A stretch of DNA of 64,000 nt. It comes from Lama glama. Its lineage: Eukaryota. The notes beneath the pieces were generated by a model. That model did no database searches. It was not told the origin of the DNA and saw nothing but the letters and a program-made list of their open reading frames with translations. The translations under genes and the position numbers were made by a program. The DNA lies in NCBI GenBank assembly GCA_028534125.1, contig CM052818.1, positions 31,560,001 to 31,624,000 on the forward strand. The letters are read 5' to 3'. The first letter of the stretch is position 1; the number at the start of each line of letters is the position of its first letter. Positions 25,237 to 38,613 of this stretch are shown piece by piece.

Positions 25237-27991
25237 CTAAAATGAAAGTGGAGAGAGAACCCGGTCACCTACACGGGCAGGATGGAGCCCCCGCTGTGCA
25301 CCAGGGACCGTGCTAAGCCCTCAGGATACTGGACAGAGCCAGGATATAGGCAGGAGCCAGGGAGCAGATTCTGGGGCAACAGAGGAAACCATCCCTTAGC
25401 AGACTAGCCCTGAAGCTGAAACTTTTCCCAGCAGTGTCTGTATTTTTTGTTTTGTTTTCAGATAAAATAACTCAAAATCACATCATTCCACAGTAAGTCA
25501 CATCTCCATTTGCAGCAAGCATTTTACTCAAGAAAGCCAATGCATACAACAAGTGCCAAACATTAAATTCCTCCCAGGATAATTATTGGCATCTGGTATG
25601 AGCCAGCTACCAGGTGCTTTACATGTATAATTTGGACCCAACACAGTCATGCTGAAATGTAGGTGCTGCTAATGCTACTAGAAAGAATCCTGGGAGATTC
25701 TTGGAGAAGGAGGTTGCACAAACCACTCAGCCTGGAAATGAGCAGTGGTGGGATGAGATTCAAACCCAGGTTTAATTTGACTCCCAAGCCTATGCCCCAA
25801 TACCACCTGCCCCCTCAAGGAGATGGGCTCTGATCTCACTGCAACTGTAAAGTCAAGGCCAACTCAGGGTTGAGGGAGGGGCCCCAGAAACAGGCAAGCT
25901 GGGAACACAACCCCAGACTCCTTTTCTACATGTTGAATGACGCCTGGCTCTGTACCTGAGAGAGTCTACTTCTCTTTCTAGAGTCCCGTCAACAAAGCAT
26001 TTTTTAATGCCTACTGTGTGCCCTGCCCAGAGCTGGGAGAAACCCCAAACCAGGCTATAAAATCCAGGCTCTGCAGATTCCCTTTGCGCACACTGCCCTG
26101 TGACTACAGCTGACCCAATTCTCTGCCCAGCAGCTTAAGTACTTAATCCGATGGGCTGCTAGTCCCTCACTACTCACAGCCCTCAGGGACACGCCCGAGA
26201 GCTGGAGAGAGGGGCGCTGGGGCACACAGAAATCACATGGCACCTTCAAAGCCATCTCTTCCAACTTCTCCACTTAATAGATGAAGAAACTGAGACCCAG
26301 AGGGGTCAGGAGACTTGCTCAAGGTCACACAGCTTGTTAATAGCAAAAGAAAAGAGCAAAAACTGGGGAGGGTGGAGACACACATTTGAAGAGATCCTGG
26401 GGCGTCCCTGTGCCTGGCTCTGGTCTTCAGAGGGTGCAGAAGTGCTCTCCTACAAACTCAGGCCTTCCCAACCTCCAGGGCATTCCGAGGGTGCCCAATC
26501 TTACTGCACCCAACCCCAAGCAGTGCAGTACCAGGCAAGTTCCTGACCACGTCACAGGCCACGTGGGCCTTCTGGGAGTCATGGGCCTCAATACAACTTC
26601 CCCAATCCCCGCAGACAAGTGATTATTAACCATTTATCCAATAAAGCCTTATTGCTGGGGATTAAGTCTTAAGCCAGCTGCACAACCAGGCATCATTAAA
26701 GACTTAACAAGGCTTATAAAAAGTATCGTAGTGGCAGCCAGGAGGAGAACAGGGCATGGAGGGGCTAGGCTGGTGGGGTGAAGGGAGGCCTGGGGAAAGT
26801 TGACCCCCACTGTGGGCTTTCTCTTCCTGCTGCGGCCAGCCCTGCAGATCTGCCCCAAACTGTGCTGTGCACACAGACCCCTGTGCTGAGGAGGGAGAGG
26901 GTCAAGAGGCTTACTTGGGCCCCTCCTCACTTCTCATGTGGAGCTGGAGCCCCTCCCTACAGGTGAGGACACATGGCCCTTCCAAGCACAAGCTCTGGAC
27001 GTGAGTGAAGGGAACCCTACAAGTGGAAAACATGCTATGCTTCGCAAAGCTCTGTCAGAGTTCACCTCCCATAGGCCTCACCACCCACTATGGGCAGAGA
27101 GACCCTGGGGCTCTGAGGGTCACATGGGAGAGCCAGGATTCCAGCCTAGATCTGCTGTTTTCAGTATCTGTGACTTCTGGGAAATGAATGGACACCACTG
27201 GGTCAACATGCCCATTTCACAGAAACCTGAGCAGGGAGGATGGGCAAGGCCCTGGGCTACAACAGCCCATTTGGCTGCTGGAGGCCCCAGTTCAAGCCCC
27301 AGGATGATTATCTGGGCAGTCAGGTCCAAAAGGTGAGCTTCTCAGTCTGGACAGCTGCTCTAAATCTTTAAGGACTGAGCTGAGACATAGGAAGAGGAGA
27401 TGGATGCCTGGCCCAGGACAGACCTAAGCCCCTGCCTCCACCCTCTGACCTCAAGCCCTGGGCCGTGCCTACCCTGTGCCTCCCCAGCTGAGAAAGGTGG
27501 CAGCCGGCTTCTAATTCTGATCATTCAAGCTGAGGAAGAGCAAAGAGACAAGCAGCAAGGAAGGAAAAAGAGGACAATAAGGGTGGAGAACATGTGATTT
27601 CATTTTTAGCTGGGAATGGGTCTTTAACCAAAAATAGGGGAAAAAATGTTAAAGTAAGGATGATGATGATGATGATGGAAGGTATGCCGGGCACATTTGC
27701 TGAGCAGGACCTGTCTTCATAATCCTCTGAAGTATGTCGTGGTGTGATGACTATTTTATAGATGAGGAAACTGAAGCACAGAGAGGGCAAGTGACTTACT
27801 CAAGGCCACAGAGCTAGGAAGTGGCTGAACAGGGACCCAAACTCAGACCTCCAGGACTTCAAACGAAGTGTTCATTTGATAACACATAGTGTCAAGCCAT
27901 AGACCCCAGATTCTATGTCCTTGATGCCACTTGTATAACCTTAACCAAGACCTCTCAATCCCCTGTGCCTCAGTTTCTCCCTTTAAGAAGT

Positions 27992-28190
27992 AAAGTAACA
28001 TAAACAAGTTTACACTGTATAGCACAGAGAATTTATATTCAATATCTTGTAACTTATGGTGAAAAAGTATATGAAAATGAATATATGTATGTTCCTATGT
28101 GACTGAAGCATTGTGCTGTACTCCAGAAATTGACACAACATTGTAAACTGACTATATTTCAATAAAAATGTATTTTAAAAAAAGAAAAGA
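27992..28190 (+). mobile_element. Young, 5'-truncated L1 3' end (cetartiodactyl/camelid-like) inserted in a MIR
   Basis: ctgtatagcacagagaatttatattcaatatcttgta...gactgaagcattgtgctgtactccagaaattgacacaacattgtaaactgactatatttcaataaaa + A-rich tail. Confidence 0.8.
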
Positions 28191-29371
28191 ACTGAAGTGA
28201 CCTTCTGGTCTTACTAGATGGATCCAAATCTTTGGCAAATACAGAGACGATAAAATGCTTTGAGGACATATGCTAAATTCAAATTGGAATGTCCTCTTTG
28301 GAGCAGTTTCAATAAGACTATGGTAAGTATTCAATCTCCAAGCAAGAAGCAGCAACACTAATACAGTAATTAAAATAACTCCAGACAATGCCTTTCATAC
28401 CAGAAGCTGCACAATTAAGTCTTTTAAGTCCTTGGGGGAAGTCTGAGCATTGAACTTCTGATACTGCTTAGTTGCCAGAGAACTTTGCTCCCTGAAGCAG
28501 GCACCATCAAAAAAAAAATTTTTCTTTTTTGCAAAGCCTAATGACATTTAAAAAAATCACTGTAGTAATCTAACCCTCCCATCAGAGATTTTATTTTATT
28601 ATCAGATAGTACCAATTTATGCCTCGGAAAATTGTAGCTCTCTCCAAAGACAAACAAAACGCACCCAAAACCAAACAGCTTCTCATTTCCTTACATCCAC
28701 ACAGAAAGGCTTGCAAAGCGTAGCTGAGTATTTTGCTAGTACAATCTTATCTCCAATAGCTGCCTAAGAGGCTGACCCCAAGGAGGTCAAGATTTTTCCA
28801 CTAAGTCATGCTTTTTAATCATCTAGGCAGCAGAAAAATGAGAGGTTGCAACTGCAATTTGACGGGGTGGGTAAGGCAGTGGAAAAAAGGACTCAAATCA
28901 GACTTGCCAAACACATGACAGGTAGGGCTGGGGCGGCAGGCCAGCCTGGCATGCTGTTTGCCTGCAGGAACTGGCAGGGAATAAAGCACTGCCCTTGTTC
29001 CAAAAAGAAACTGCTTCTGGTTAAATCTCTTACCCCAAAGCGTCCCTTCTCTCTGGACAGGGGAAAGGGGGGAAAAAAGATCCTTTTCTCTTCTTTCTGC
29101 AGCAAAGGCTCATCTCCAAGAAGTCTAGAAAGGAAGCCTAGAAAGGAGGCTCTGAGAGGCATTTCCCACCCTCAGTCTCAAAGGCAGGACAGATCTAGAA
29201 GCATCCAACCCCAGCTGTGTGTCTCTCAGCCCTGCCCTTTCCTCTGTGCACCAGCACTGGACTCCACATCCAGCTGTCACACTCAGCTGCCAGGGATGAT
29301 GGCTTGGATGAAACTAAGAGACATCAAGTTCCCTCCTTTGCAAATGAAGTCTTGGAGATCACCCACACACA

Positions 29372-29400
29372 CCCTAACCCTAACCCTAACCCTAACCCTA
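29372..29400. repeat. Interstitial telomeric repeat (CCCTAA)4CCCTA
   Basis: Perfect vertebrate telomere hexamers read directly. Confidence 0.95.
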
Positions 29401-29655
29401 GAACATCCCGGGTCCCACATGTCCCACTGCGGAGGAATAGCAGGCATTCAACTTGGTAATGTGAATTTTACAGGGGACACTTCTTCAAAAGCATCCTTTG
29501 CCAGGTAGCCTCCAACTCAAACAGGCCCTGACATTTTGGGAACTCAAATGAGTTCACTTGAAAGGTCAAAGGCATTTTAGGACCTTCTAGGAAGAAATGA
29601 TCTGTGCGATACAGTTTGGATGCCAATATATTGGAATTTTTGGCTGTGTAGATCA

Positions 29656-29835
29656 CAGCTGTCCAATAGAATTTTTCCACAATAATGGAAATGTTTTCTG
29701 TCTGCACTGGCCAACTGTAAACACTAGCCACATGTGGCTATTCCACACTTGAGGCTAAAATTTTTAATTTCCTTTCATTTTTATTAATATCAATGTATAT
29801 GAAATATGTAAATACAAACATAAATAGCCACACAA
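29656..29835. mobile_element. MER3/MER33-type hAT-Charlie element
   Basis: gctgtccaatagaatttttccacaataatggaaatgttttc...cactagccacatgtggcta. Confidence 0.75.
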
Positions 29836-32800
29836 ATGAATGGTTAAATATGGAAACAATAAAAGCAGAACTGTTCGGGAAAACTGAGGATGCTTGGCTG
29901 ATGGACCCCCATGGGCAGCGTCAGAGCAGAGAAGTCTGAGGTGAAGGTAAGCTCCTGGAGATGAGGAATCAGTCAGCAGGCTTCTGTTGAGGATAAAAGT
30001 TGCCAGTCAGTCAGCTCCCATTTCACCCATGGAGTGGAACTGAAAAGTAATACCAGGACTCCAAAGGCCCGAAATTTAGGGGCCTACCTATCAACTGTCT
30101 GCCTCTAAGCCAGATGACCTAAACCTGGCTGCCTCTGGGGTGGGAGAGGAGAGAGGTGTCTGGCACCTCGGATGGAAAATGTGAGCGATTCTGGTTGGAG
30201 CAGCCCTCCCCCATGTGTATGCATCCCTCGGCCATCATCCTGGACAGACAACTTGAGCTGGCACAAAGAGGGTGGAGGGCTGGACAAAGGACTGGGAGAT
30301 GCTAATGGGGAAAGCGGACACCAGCAGGCAGAGGAGACGAAAGGTGGTTAACTCGACACAAAGGGCTAATGACCAGTTCTGCAAGCTGAGACCCAGGGAG
30401 CTTGGCCATCCTGCTCCTCCTTGCTGGGGTGGAACAGAGGAAAGAGGCGAGCTGGGGTGCGAGGGAGAGGTGAGGTGGGGCAGAGAGCCTGAGGTGAATA
30501 ACCAGGTCACCCTCCAAGGCCCTGAGAGGGATCTGCCTCAGCACCCAAAACCACACAGTGAGCCTCTCCCCTCTCTGGTTCCAGAGCAGGGAGAATCAAC
30601 CTCAAATCTGCAAGGGCATAGCACCACTCCCACAGGTAGACCAGGAGTCTGAAAGACCTGACTTTTACCTTGTCCCCATGTCTGATTATCTCTGTGACTG
30701 GGGTCAAGTCATTTTAACTTCTCTGAGCTTCAGTTGTCTCCTGAGTAAAATGAGGAAGGAGTTTCTACTTTACAGTATTGTTTGAAGGATGACATGATAT
30801 TTCAGATTGAGTGCCCAACACGGTACCCAACAGGCTCAAAGATGTGGAGGCCCAACTCCCTTGTCTCATTTATAAATTAGGATGCTAACTCCCACCTTAT
30901 GGAGCTTTGGAGAGAATCAAATACAGCTACGTGTGAACATGTTCTGTGAACTTTAAATTCCTAATGATGGTTCTTACTAGGTAAAGCTGAGGTCCCCAAG
31001 AAGCATTTAGAGTGAGGGACTAGGAAGTCTGTAGCTGTGTGGCTTGGGACAGGAGCAAATCAGCAGCACTCCTGGGCTCATGCTCACAAGTTCTAGGCCA
31101 AGTTCTTTGCAGAAATGGTGGTGACTTCATCACTTCCCCTCCAGCGCCTCTCTTTTCTCAGGGCTCGGGTTAGGCCAGCTGGAATGGAAGCCACTGCCGT
31201 GTCCAGATCCTGGCCTTTCAGTGGAAGCCCCTACAGCTAGAAGTCTTCCCATTATGCAAACTCCCCTCCCCCACCCCCAGCCTACTGCAGGGGCCTGGGT
31301 TTCTTATTTTTCCTGGAGAACAACAATGGATTGGCCTTGTGTGTTTATTCCTTCCTAGGAGGGGCTGGTTTATAACAATGGGCAGATCTCTACCAGCATC
31401 CTGCGCTGCCAAAGGCTGAATGAATGAGCAGTAGCTAATTCAAAAGAAAAGTACAGCCTGCTTTTTGTCCCTAACAGTATGTGAAGGCAAGAAATATGTT
31501 CTTTGAAATCCTTGCCTCCTGCTATTTTATCATCATCAATCATTATTTGGATTTTACTGACTTTTCAAAGTGTGGCTGGTAAGAACAGAAAGAATTATAG
31601 CAAAGGGACAGTGGCTACTAACTGGATTCAGGGGATGGGAAAGAACATTCTCCTGTCTCCACTCTGATGCTAGTGACCTCATTCTCCATCCTTGAGAATC
31701 AACTCACTTGAATCTCCCCTGGACTGGGTTACAGAACATCCACCTCACCCTCTCCTACCCTTCTCTGGTATCTCACTAACCCTTTGGGAGGCCTGAGCAG
31801 AGACTTGGGGCTTTATAACAACTGTTGGAGCTCCTTCCTTTGGATTAAAGATGCTTAAGCTTCTAGCCTTGAAACTTAAAAGAAAAGGAAATCCTCTGGA
31901 TAAACACCATCTTTCATAAACATCTCCCAAACACACACCCATCCTGCAAGTCAAGAGTTCCAAATTCCAATTAATTAGCACTAATTGCTGCTGATAACTC
32001 TGGGCCCAGCAAGCTGATGGGCCTTTTGGAATGTTAAAGAGCACCTCTCAAAGTTCTCCAGCGTGGTTAGGAAAGATCGCAGCCATCCAGCAGAGAAGAT
32101 TTCAAACACCCGCATCCTATCACCTATATCATTAGTGCCCTTTGAAAAGAAGACATGCTTCCCAGTCATCTCTGGGCCTCTGGAGATGGCCTCTCTCCAT
32201 CTCTCCTGTCGGTACTACCGGTGTCCCACAGCCACACTCCCCTCTCAGAAAGCCCAGACTGACATGGCTGCCATTTCCAATCATCCCCTCATTCTTTGTT
32301 TTGGAGACAAAAATCTTGATTATTTGGCCTGGTCCAACAGCCTTTTCATCCTTGTCTGGGGTTCCCTTCTTCACCTCTACCACAGGGCTTCCAAACCCAT
32401 CCCTGGATGGAAACAACACTTTCAAGTCTCTAAGGACTTGCTTACAGCCCAGCCCCAGGGCCTTTGCTTGGGTTTCAGTCACCACCACCTCTGCAGAACA
32501 CTACCTGGGCAGCCTGCTTTGGGACTTCCGCTCTCCCCTCATTCTCATGACCCTCCTTAGGTTCACCTAACCTGTGTAACCTCACCTTCCGTGTGCCCTC
32601 CCTGAACTTGGTGTCACCCTAGGCTTTTCTCTGGACTCAGGCAGCTTCTTGGCTTCACCTGTCCATGTTAGGCTGAGGATTCCCCAGTCCGCAGCTGCAC
32701 CTCCCTTTCCACCATCTGTGGAAAGTGTCCACTTGGATGACATCCATCACTTCCAACTCACCTTTTCCCAAAGTGAGGTCATCAGCTAATTTATCTGTCT

Positions 32801-33037
32801 TTTTTTAAGTTAAAAACTCTTTTCCCCCCTCCCAAATAGGAAGCCTTGCTTGATAGTAGGTCCAGGAAAAGAGGCCTGGAGATATTAGTTGGTCATAACT
32901 ACAGTATTGATGCAAAAACACTGGATCTAACTGTCCTATGTTCCTAGAGGTCTGCTCACCTCATGGAAGCCATTGACACTAACAGGGAGGTGATGTCCTG
33001 CTGTCCTCTGATCAGACACAGTCCGTTCAGTCTAGAG

Positions 33038-34878
33038 AAGTGGTTCTCAAAGCTCAGTTCCCAAGGTCCTTTCCAGAAGAGAGTGTCCATAGAGTTAAAA
33101 TATTTTCTTAATAGTACTAAGATGTTATTGACCTTTTTTCCTGTGTTGATACTTGCACTAATGGTATAAAAAGCAATGGTGGGTGAAATTGCTGGTACTT
33201 TAGCAAGAACTAATGATCAGCAGCAAACTGTACTTGTCCTCATTGTATTCCTCACCATCTCACAAAACAAAAAACTTCATGTCCTAGCTGAAGCAATAAA
33301 GATTAATTTTTATGAAATACTGACTCTTAAGTACATGTTGTTTTACTAAATGTCCCTCAACAGATGACTGGATAAAGAAGTTGTGGTATGTATATACAAT
33401 GGAATACTACTCAGCCATAAAAGAATAAAATAATGCCATTTGCAGCAACATGGATGGACCCTGAGATTATCATTCTAAGTGAAGGAAGCCAGAAAGAAAA
33501 AGAAAAATACCACATGATATTGCTTATATGTGGAATCTAAAAGAACGACACAAATCAACTTATCTACAAAACAGAAACAGACTCACAGACATAGAGAACA
33601 AACTTACAGTTACCAGGGGGTAAAGAGGGTAAGAAGGGATAAATTGGGAGTTTGAAATTTACACCTCTTGGGGAGTGATGGAAATGTTTGCTATCTTGAT
33701 TGTGGTGGTTGTTTTATAGGTGTATACATCTATCAAAATTCATCAAATTGTACATCTGAAATATGTGTAGTTTACTCTAGAGGAATTATGCCACAATAAA
33801 CGGGTTTTAAAAACAAGTACATGTTGTTTCAATATTCTACATGATGGAATGGAAAGTTGGCAGAAAACACTTCTGGTGCATGTCAGAGCGCCACGGTTGT
33901 CTGGAAGAAAAGCACTTGTGTGATTGACTTGCAAGCTGAACTAGCCACTTTTTCCATGGAACTCCATTTTCAGTTGAAAGAATGACTGACCAGCAAACCA
34001 TGGTTATTCAGACTTGGGTATTTGGCAGATAGAAGCCTGACATTTCAGAGAAAATGACTGATGGTATTTGGTACCAATGATAAAAACTGAGGTCTCAAGC
34101 AAAAATTAGAATTTTGGAAAACTTGTATCAGCCACCATTAGCTTGATAGTTTCCTATTACTTGAAGAATTTCTGATGAGACCAGTGAAGATATTAACTAA
34201 TGTGATTTTTTTTGATATTGTATAATGAAATGTGTTATCATTTGGAAGATCTGCATAACTCAGTGAACCTATATTTTCCTAATGATCAGTGTGGCACGTT
34301 ATGAAACCAAGCGTGTGTAAAAGATTCATTCAAAGTGCAAGACAGACTAATGAATTTTAATGTAAGAGTACAGAAAGTTCATTGATAAGGGTTTAGATTC
34401 CTCATTACCACTAGCCGTTAAGAAACTACCACTTGAGTTTTGCTGAAATAGCAGAGAAAAATATACGAAAAGGCTGTTAAAATATTTCTTCCTTTTCTAA
34501 CTACATATCTGCATAGGCCAGATTTTCTTTATTTACCTCAACTAACACATACACAACAGATTGAACGCAGAAGCAGATATAAGATTCGAACTGTCTTCTA
34601 TTAAGCCAGATACCAAACAGATTTGCAAAAATGTGAAACCTTTCTTCTCAATAAACTTTTTTGTTTAGGAAAATATATTTATTTTTATTAAAAATGGTTA
34701 TTTATATTCACATGTAATGGTTTTATTGTTATTTTAAAGGAATTAATAAATAATAAGAATTTTAAACACTGTCATAATATCAAAAGATATAACCCAAAGA
34801 AACAAATATCTCTGGGGGTCCTAAATAACTTTTAGGAATGCAAAAGGGACTGAGATAAAAACAACTTGAGGACCAATG
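33038..34878. mobile_element. Charlie1-type hAT DNA transposon with intact ends
   Basis: TIRs aagtggttctcaa / ttgaggaccaatg; 8-bp TSD gtctagag (33030-33037) / gcctagag (34879-34886), fitting the Charlie NTCTAGAN target; internal Charlie1 strings (ggttattcagacttgggtatttggcaga). Confidence 0.85.
33344..33814 (+). mobile_element. 5'-truncated L1 insertion nested in Charlie1
   Basis: L1 3' sequence (ggaatactactcagccataa, gcagcaacatggatggacc) bounded by the 15-bp direct repeat aagtacatgttgttt at 33329-33343 and 33815-33829. Confidence 0.88.
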
Positions 34879-37479
34879 GCCTAGAGAAAAAATACCCTCA
34901 TGAAGACGATTCCGTAACTCAAGGTTGAAGGATAATATGTTTTAAAATTGGAAGAAATTTGATGCGAACATAAAAGGTTCCTTCAAATATCTGAAAGGTT
35001 GCCATGAAGGAGAGAGATTTTTTTTAACTCTAGGGGGCTGATTTAGGGTCAAGATGGAAGATTTCACCTCATCATACAATATTCTAACAAAAAATCATAG
35101 AATCAACTCTCCCTGTTACAGATGGGGAAATCAAGGCCCAAAAAGGTGATGTGAGTTGCCTGAGATGACAGATACTGGCAAAGCCAAGATTAGAAACCAG
35201 TTCTCCAGATTCGTAGTCCACAATCTGCTGTGCTGAGAGGTTCTGAGCTTGGTGTCACTGGCAGGGTCCAAAGAACATGCAGTGACCCAATGCCATAATA
35301 CTGTAGACCACATTCCTGTCTGAAAGAGACTGGCCCAGTCTCGAAGGTGCCCTCCCACGCCGAGATGCTGCAGTACCACAGTTTTGATCCCAAGGAGAGT
35401 GTCTAAATCCACAATCTCCAAACTTGGCATACTCCCTGAAAGAATTTTGATAACCTCTGTCTCCTTTCAAATCTTTGAAAATTGACACATAACGCTTCTG
35501 ATACATTACAAATATTACCATTTTAAAACAAAACTTTCATGCCACTCTTTTAAATATATACCTAATGGCTTATAAATACCATAGCAATTTGATATCAACT
35601 ACCATCTATTAAAAAAAAAACTCATAAACAAGCTCTTAAGTCAAATCTTATTCCTTTCTCTACCTAAAAATGTCTTTCTATTCTACTGCTCCATAGAATT
35701 CTATCTTAATATATTTTCATGTTTAAAAGTACTTAGTCTTTAGCTTTTTTCATACTTCTCTGCAGTAAAAAGATGTACTTATGTATATAAATTGACTTGA
35801 AATGTTTTTCTGTCCCATGACCCTAAGGCTTATGAGTAAAAAAAAAATTGGATTGGCTTATTGCAGCTATTAGTATAAAAGTGATCAATAAACATACCAC
35901 ATATAATTATTAGACAAAAAAGTAATTTTTATTGGTTTCTTATTGCAGTAGATAGGTGAGATTTACAAAGCTTCTTAGACAGTAACATTTTAAATGGCCC
36001 ATTTGTTTGATGGCCCTAAGGTTTCTACACCCTGGGAAAAAGACACCTTAAAAAGATTCAGGAGAGTGAGAACCAGGTCCTTTTAATAAAGAGGGTAGAG
36101 GGCAATCTTGACAGGAAAGGTAGGGAAAGAAAACTGGTGAAGCCTGTCTTCAGGAAATGCAGTTTTAGAAAAGTAACAGAAGGAAGCAGAAGATGTGGAA
36201 ATTGATTTCCCCAAAATGCTCTCTGTTGTCACATCCCTTGGAAAGTTTGTGTGAACCCCAGGACAGCTACCCTCTGGTTTTAACACTTTGTTAAAACATG
36301 AAGTGGTGTATACACAGGACATTATTAAGAAGAAATTTGGGGTTAAAACCCCCAATATTAGGGTGCCAAGGAAAACAGCCAGAAGGTTCCTGATGCTTCT
36401 GCTGCCATATACAAGGGGCAAGAGACCAAAGAAATACAGAAATCATAATTTAGTATTAGCTGAGCTTTAAGAGTGCTTCCATCTAAGAGGACACATTCAA
36501 CCCTTCAAGAAAAAAAAAATTCCTTCATGGTAACAGCAGTGATGCCAGCCTCAGGAAGGCAGACACCACCACCACTATTCTCTCCTGTCCATGTACACAC
36601 TATGGCTCCATTGCATTTTTCATTGACTCACATGTTTAAAACATATTTTTTTAAATAAAACTCTTTCACTACATAAATGGAAAATTAGTATTACTTGTCA
36701 TAGGTAGTAACCATAAAATACACTAACATTTTTAAAGTTTGTCTGTGTAACACCTAAATTAACTTTGTAAACCACCAGGCGTAGATGGATCCTACTGGAA
36801 TGTTGGCCTAGGCTGTTTACTTGTTGCAAGGAACCTAGAGCCTTGCAATGCTATTGGTGGAAGCCCCTAGAACACTGGCCCAACACTTCTATTATGGTCA
36901 GATCTACCTCTAAGAGCCTGTTTATCTTTAATTCCAGGGAAGCTATATTTCTAAACCATGACTATTTCATGAGTCAGACCGAGAACCCCAGGAAAACCAA
37001 AATGGTTCTGGGGACTAAATGTACATCTGGTCAACCTTCTTGGGGCTCCAGGCTGGGGCAGCTTCTCTGGTCTTCCTCAAGGTCACATGGTGCTCCAATG
37101 TCATTAATAGAATAAAGGAGATGAGTAGGGCAAACACGGACTCATGTGCATTCGTAACCACAGAGCACATCAATTTTCCCACTATGGGACAAGAATACAC
37201 TCCCCGGCCGTTTGGCAATGCTGACAAAATGTTGCCTAAACATCTTAATCGTCATCATCTCTGCTCAAAATAAGCAATTAACAAGCTAGAGGAAGATGTA
37301 CAACATCTCCCAAACCCTTTAAAATAACCAAACACCCTTCTGACTTCTCTCCACAAAGTTCCTCCATTATCCCATCTCTATAGATTTTACACCCCTGAGA
37401 TTCTATTTGCTAGAGCTTTCAATGCTGGAAGCTTATATTATGATAAACTCTTTTCTTTGTTTTCTGTTTTTAAGGTAAT

Positions 37480-38420
37480 ATACAATCAAGGGGCTTAATG
37501 ATGTTGAGTCTCTTTGATTCAGTAATTCTACTTCCAGAAATTCATTCCGAGGAAACAAATCAGACCTGTGCAGAGATTTGTGTAAAATGATGTTCAAAGC
37601 AGTGTTCTCTGTGAGAATAAAATATGCCACAACCTAAATATTCAGCAATAAGTGGTACATAACAAAATGAAATGCCGTTTTACAAAGAAAAACAAATGAC
37701 AGGAACACAGTCACAATATTATACTAAGTGGGAAAAGATTCACTCTAGCATATACAGTATTATCTCAATTTTATCTTTTAATAAAAATGCATAGAAAAAT
37801 ACTAGAAGTAAACATACCAAAATGTTTCAGTGATGGAAATATGGGCATTTTTGTCCTTTGTACTTCTCTGTATTTTCCTAAATTTCTAAAGGGAATTAAT
37901 ATTACCTTTATAATAACACACACATACACACACTTACACTTTTTGACTCAGAAATTCTACTCTCAGTCTCCACTCTCAGGAAATAGTATAAATTATGGAT
38001 AAAAAATTTATATGTAAAATTACATATAAATTATCACATTACTTATAAAAGAAAATGTATAAAATTTTTTAAAATTCAGTAATTGAAGACTGATGAAAAA
38101 ATCATGTTGTAACTTTGTGATATAACATAGTGCAATTATTAAAATGCTGGCTTTAAAGCATTTTTAAGATAAATTTTAATGATGTGATGCTACTGACTTT
38201 CATACCTTTAAGTAAAAAAGCAGAACACAACTCTGTGATCTTGGCCCCATAAAAATACAAGCACTATGGAAAAGAAGGGAAAAGATGCTAAAATGTTAAC
38301 AGTTGAGAGTCACTCATGGTGAGATTGTGGTGACTGGAAAACAAAAAGCTTAGACAAGAAAATAAAAATTCCATAATGGTCATATGTTACTTTAAAAATT
38401 TGAAAAGTAAGCATAAGAAT
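37480..38420 (+). mobile_element. Degenerate old L1M 3' fragments
   Basis: tttgattcagtaattctacttccagaa..., caacctaaatattcagcaata; AT-rich. Confidence 0.55.
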
Positions 38421-38590
38421 GATAAAATACGCCAATTTTACCGAAAATATGAAATTACTCAAAAAGGTAGGAAGGAAAAGAAAATTTTCCTATAATTACA
38501 GCACTCTGACCTAAAACAACCGCTATTAACATTCCGCTGTCTGCCCTTTCGGTCATGAGTAAGTGTGAGTATGTGTGAGTTCACGTAAGA

Positions 38591-38613
38591 GTGTGTGTGT
38601 GTGCGTGTGTGTG
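38591..38613. repeat. (TG)n microsatellite
   Basis: gtgtgtgtgtgtgcgtgtgtgtg. Confidence 0.9.

Noticed and set aside
24917..25240. 107-aa ORF antisense to LBH exon 3
   Set aside because: Shadow ORF of a GC-rich coding exon, with a GTG start.
28846..29508. 220-aa plus-strand ORF in LBH intron 2
   Set aside because: TTG start, no homology recognised; its TLTLTL stretch is just the telomeric repeat translated.
33830..34640. Possible domesticated Charlie transposase
   Set aside because: No transposase-like ORF of 60 aa or more in the track; the element is decayed and interrupted by an L1.
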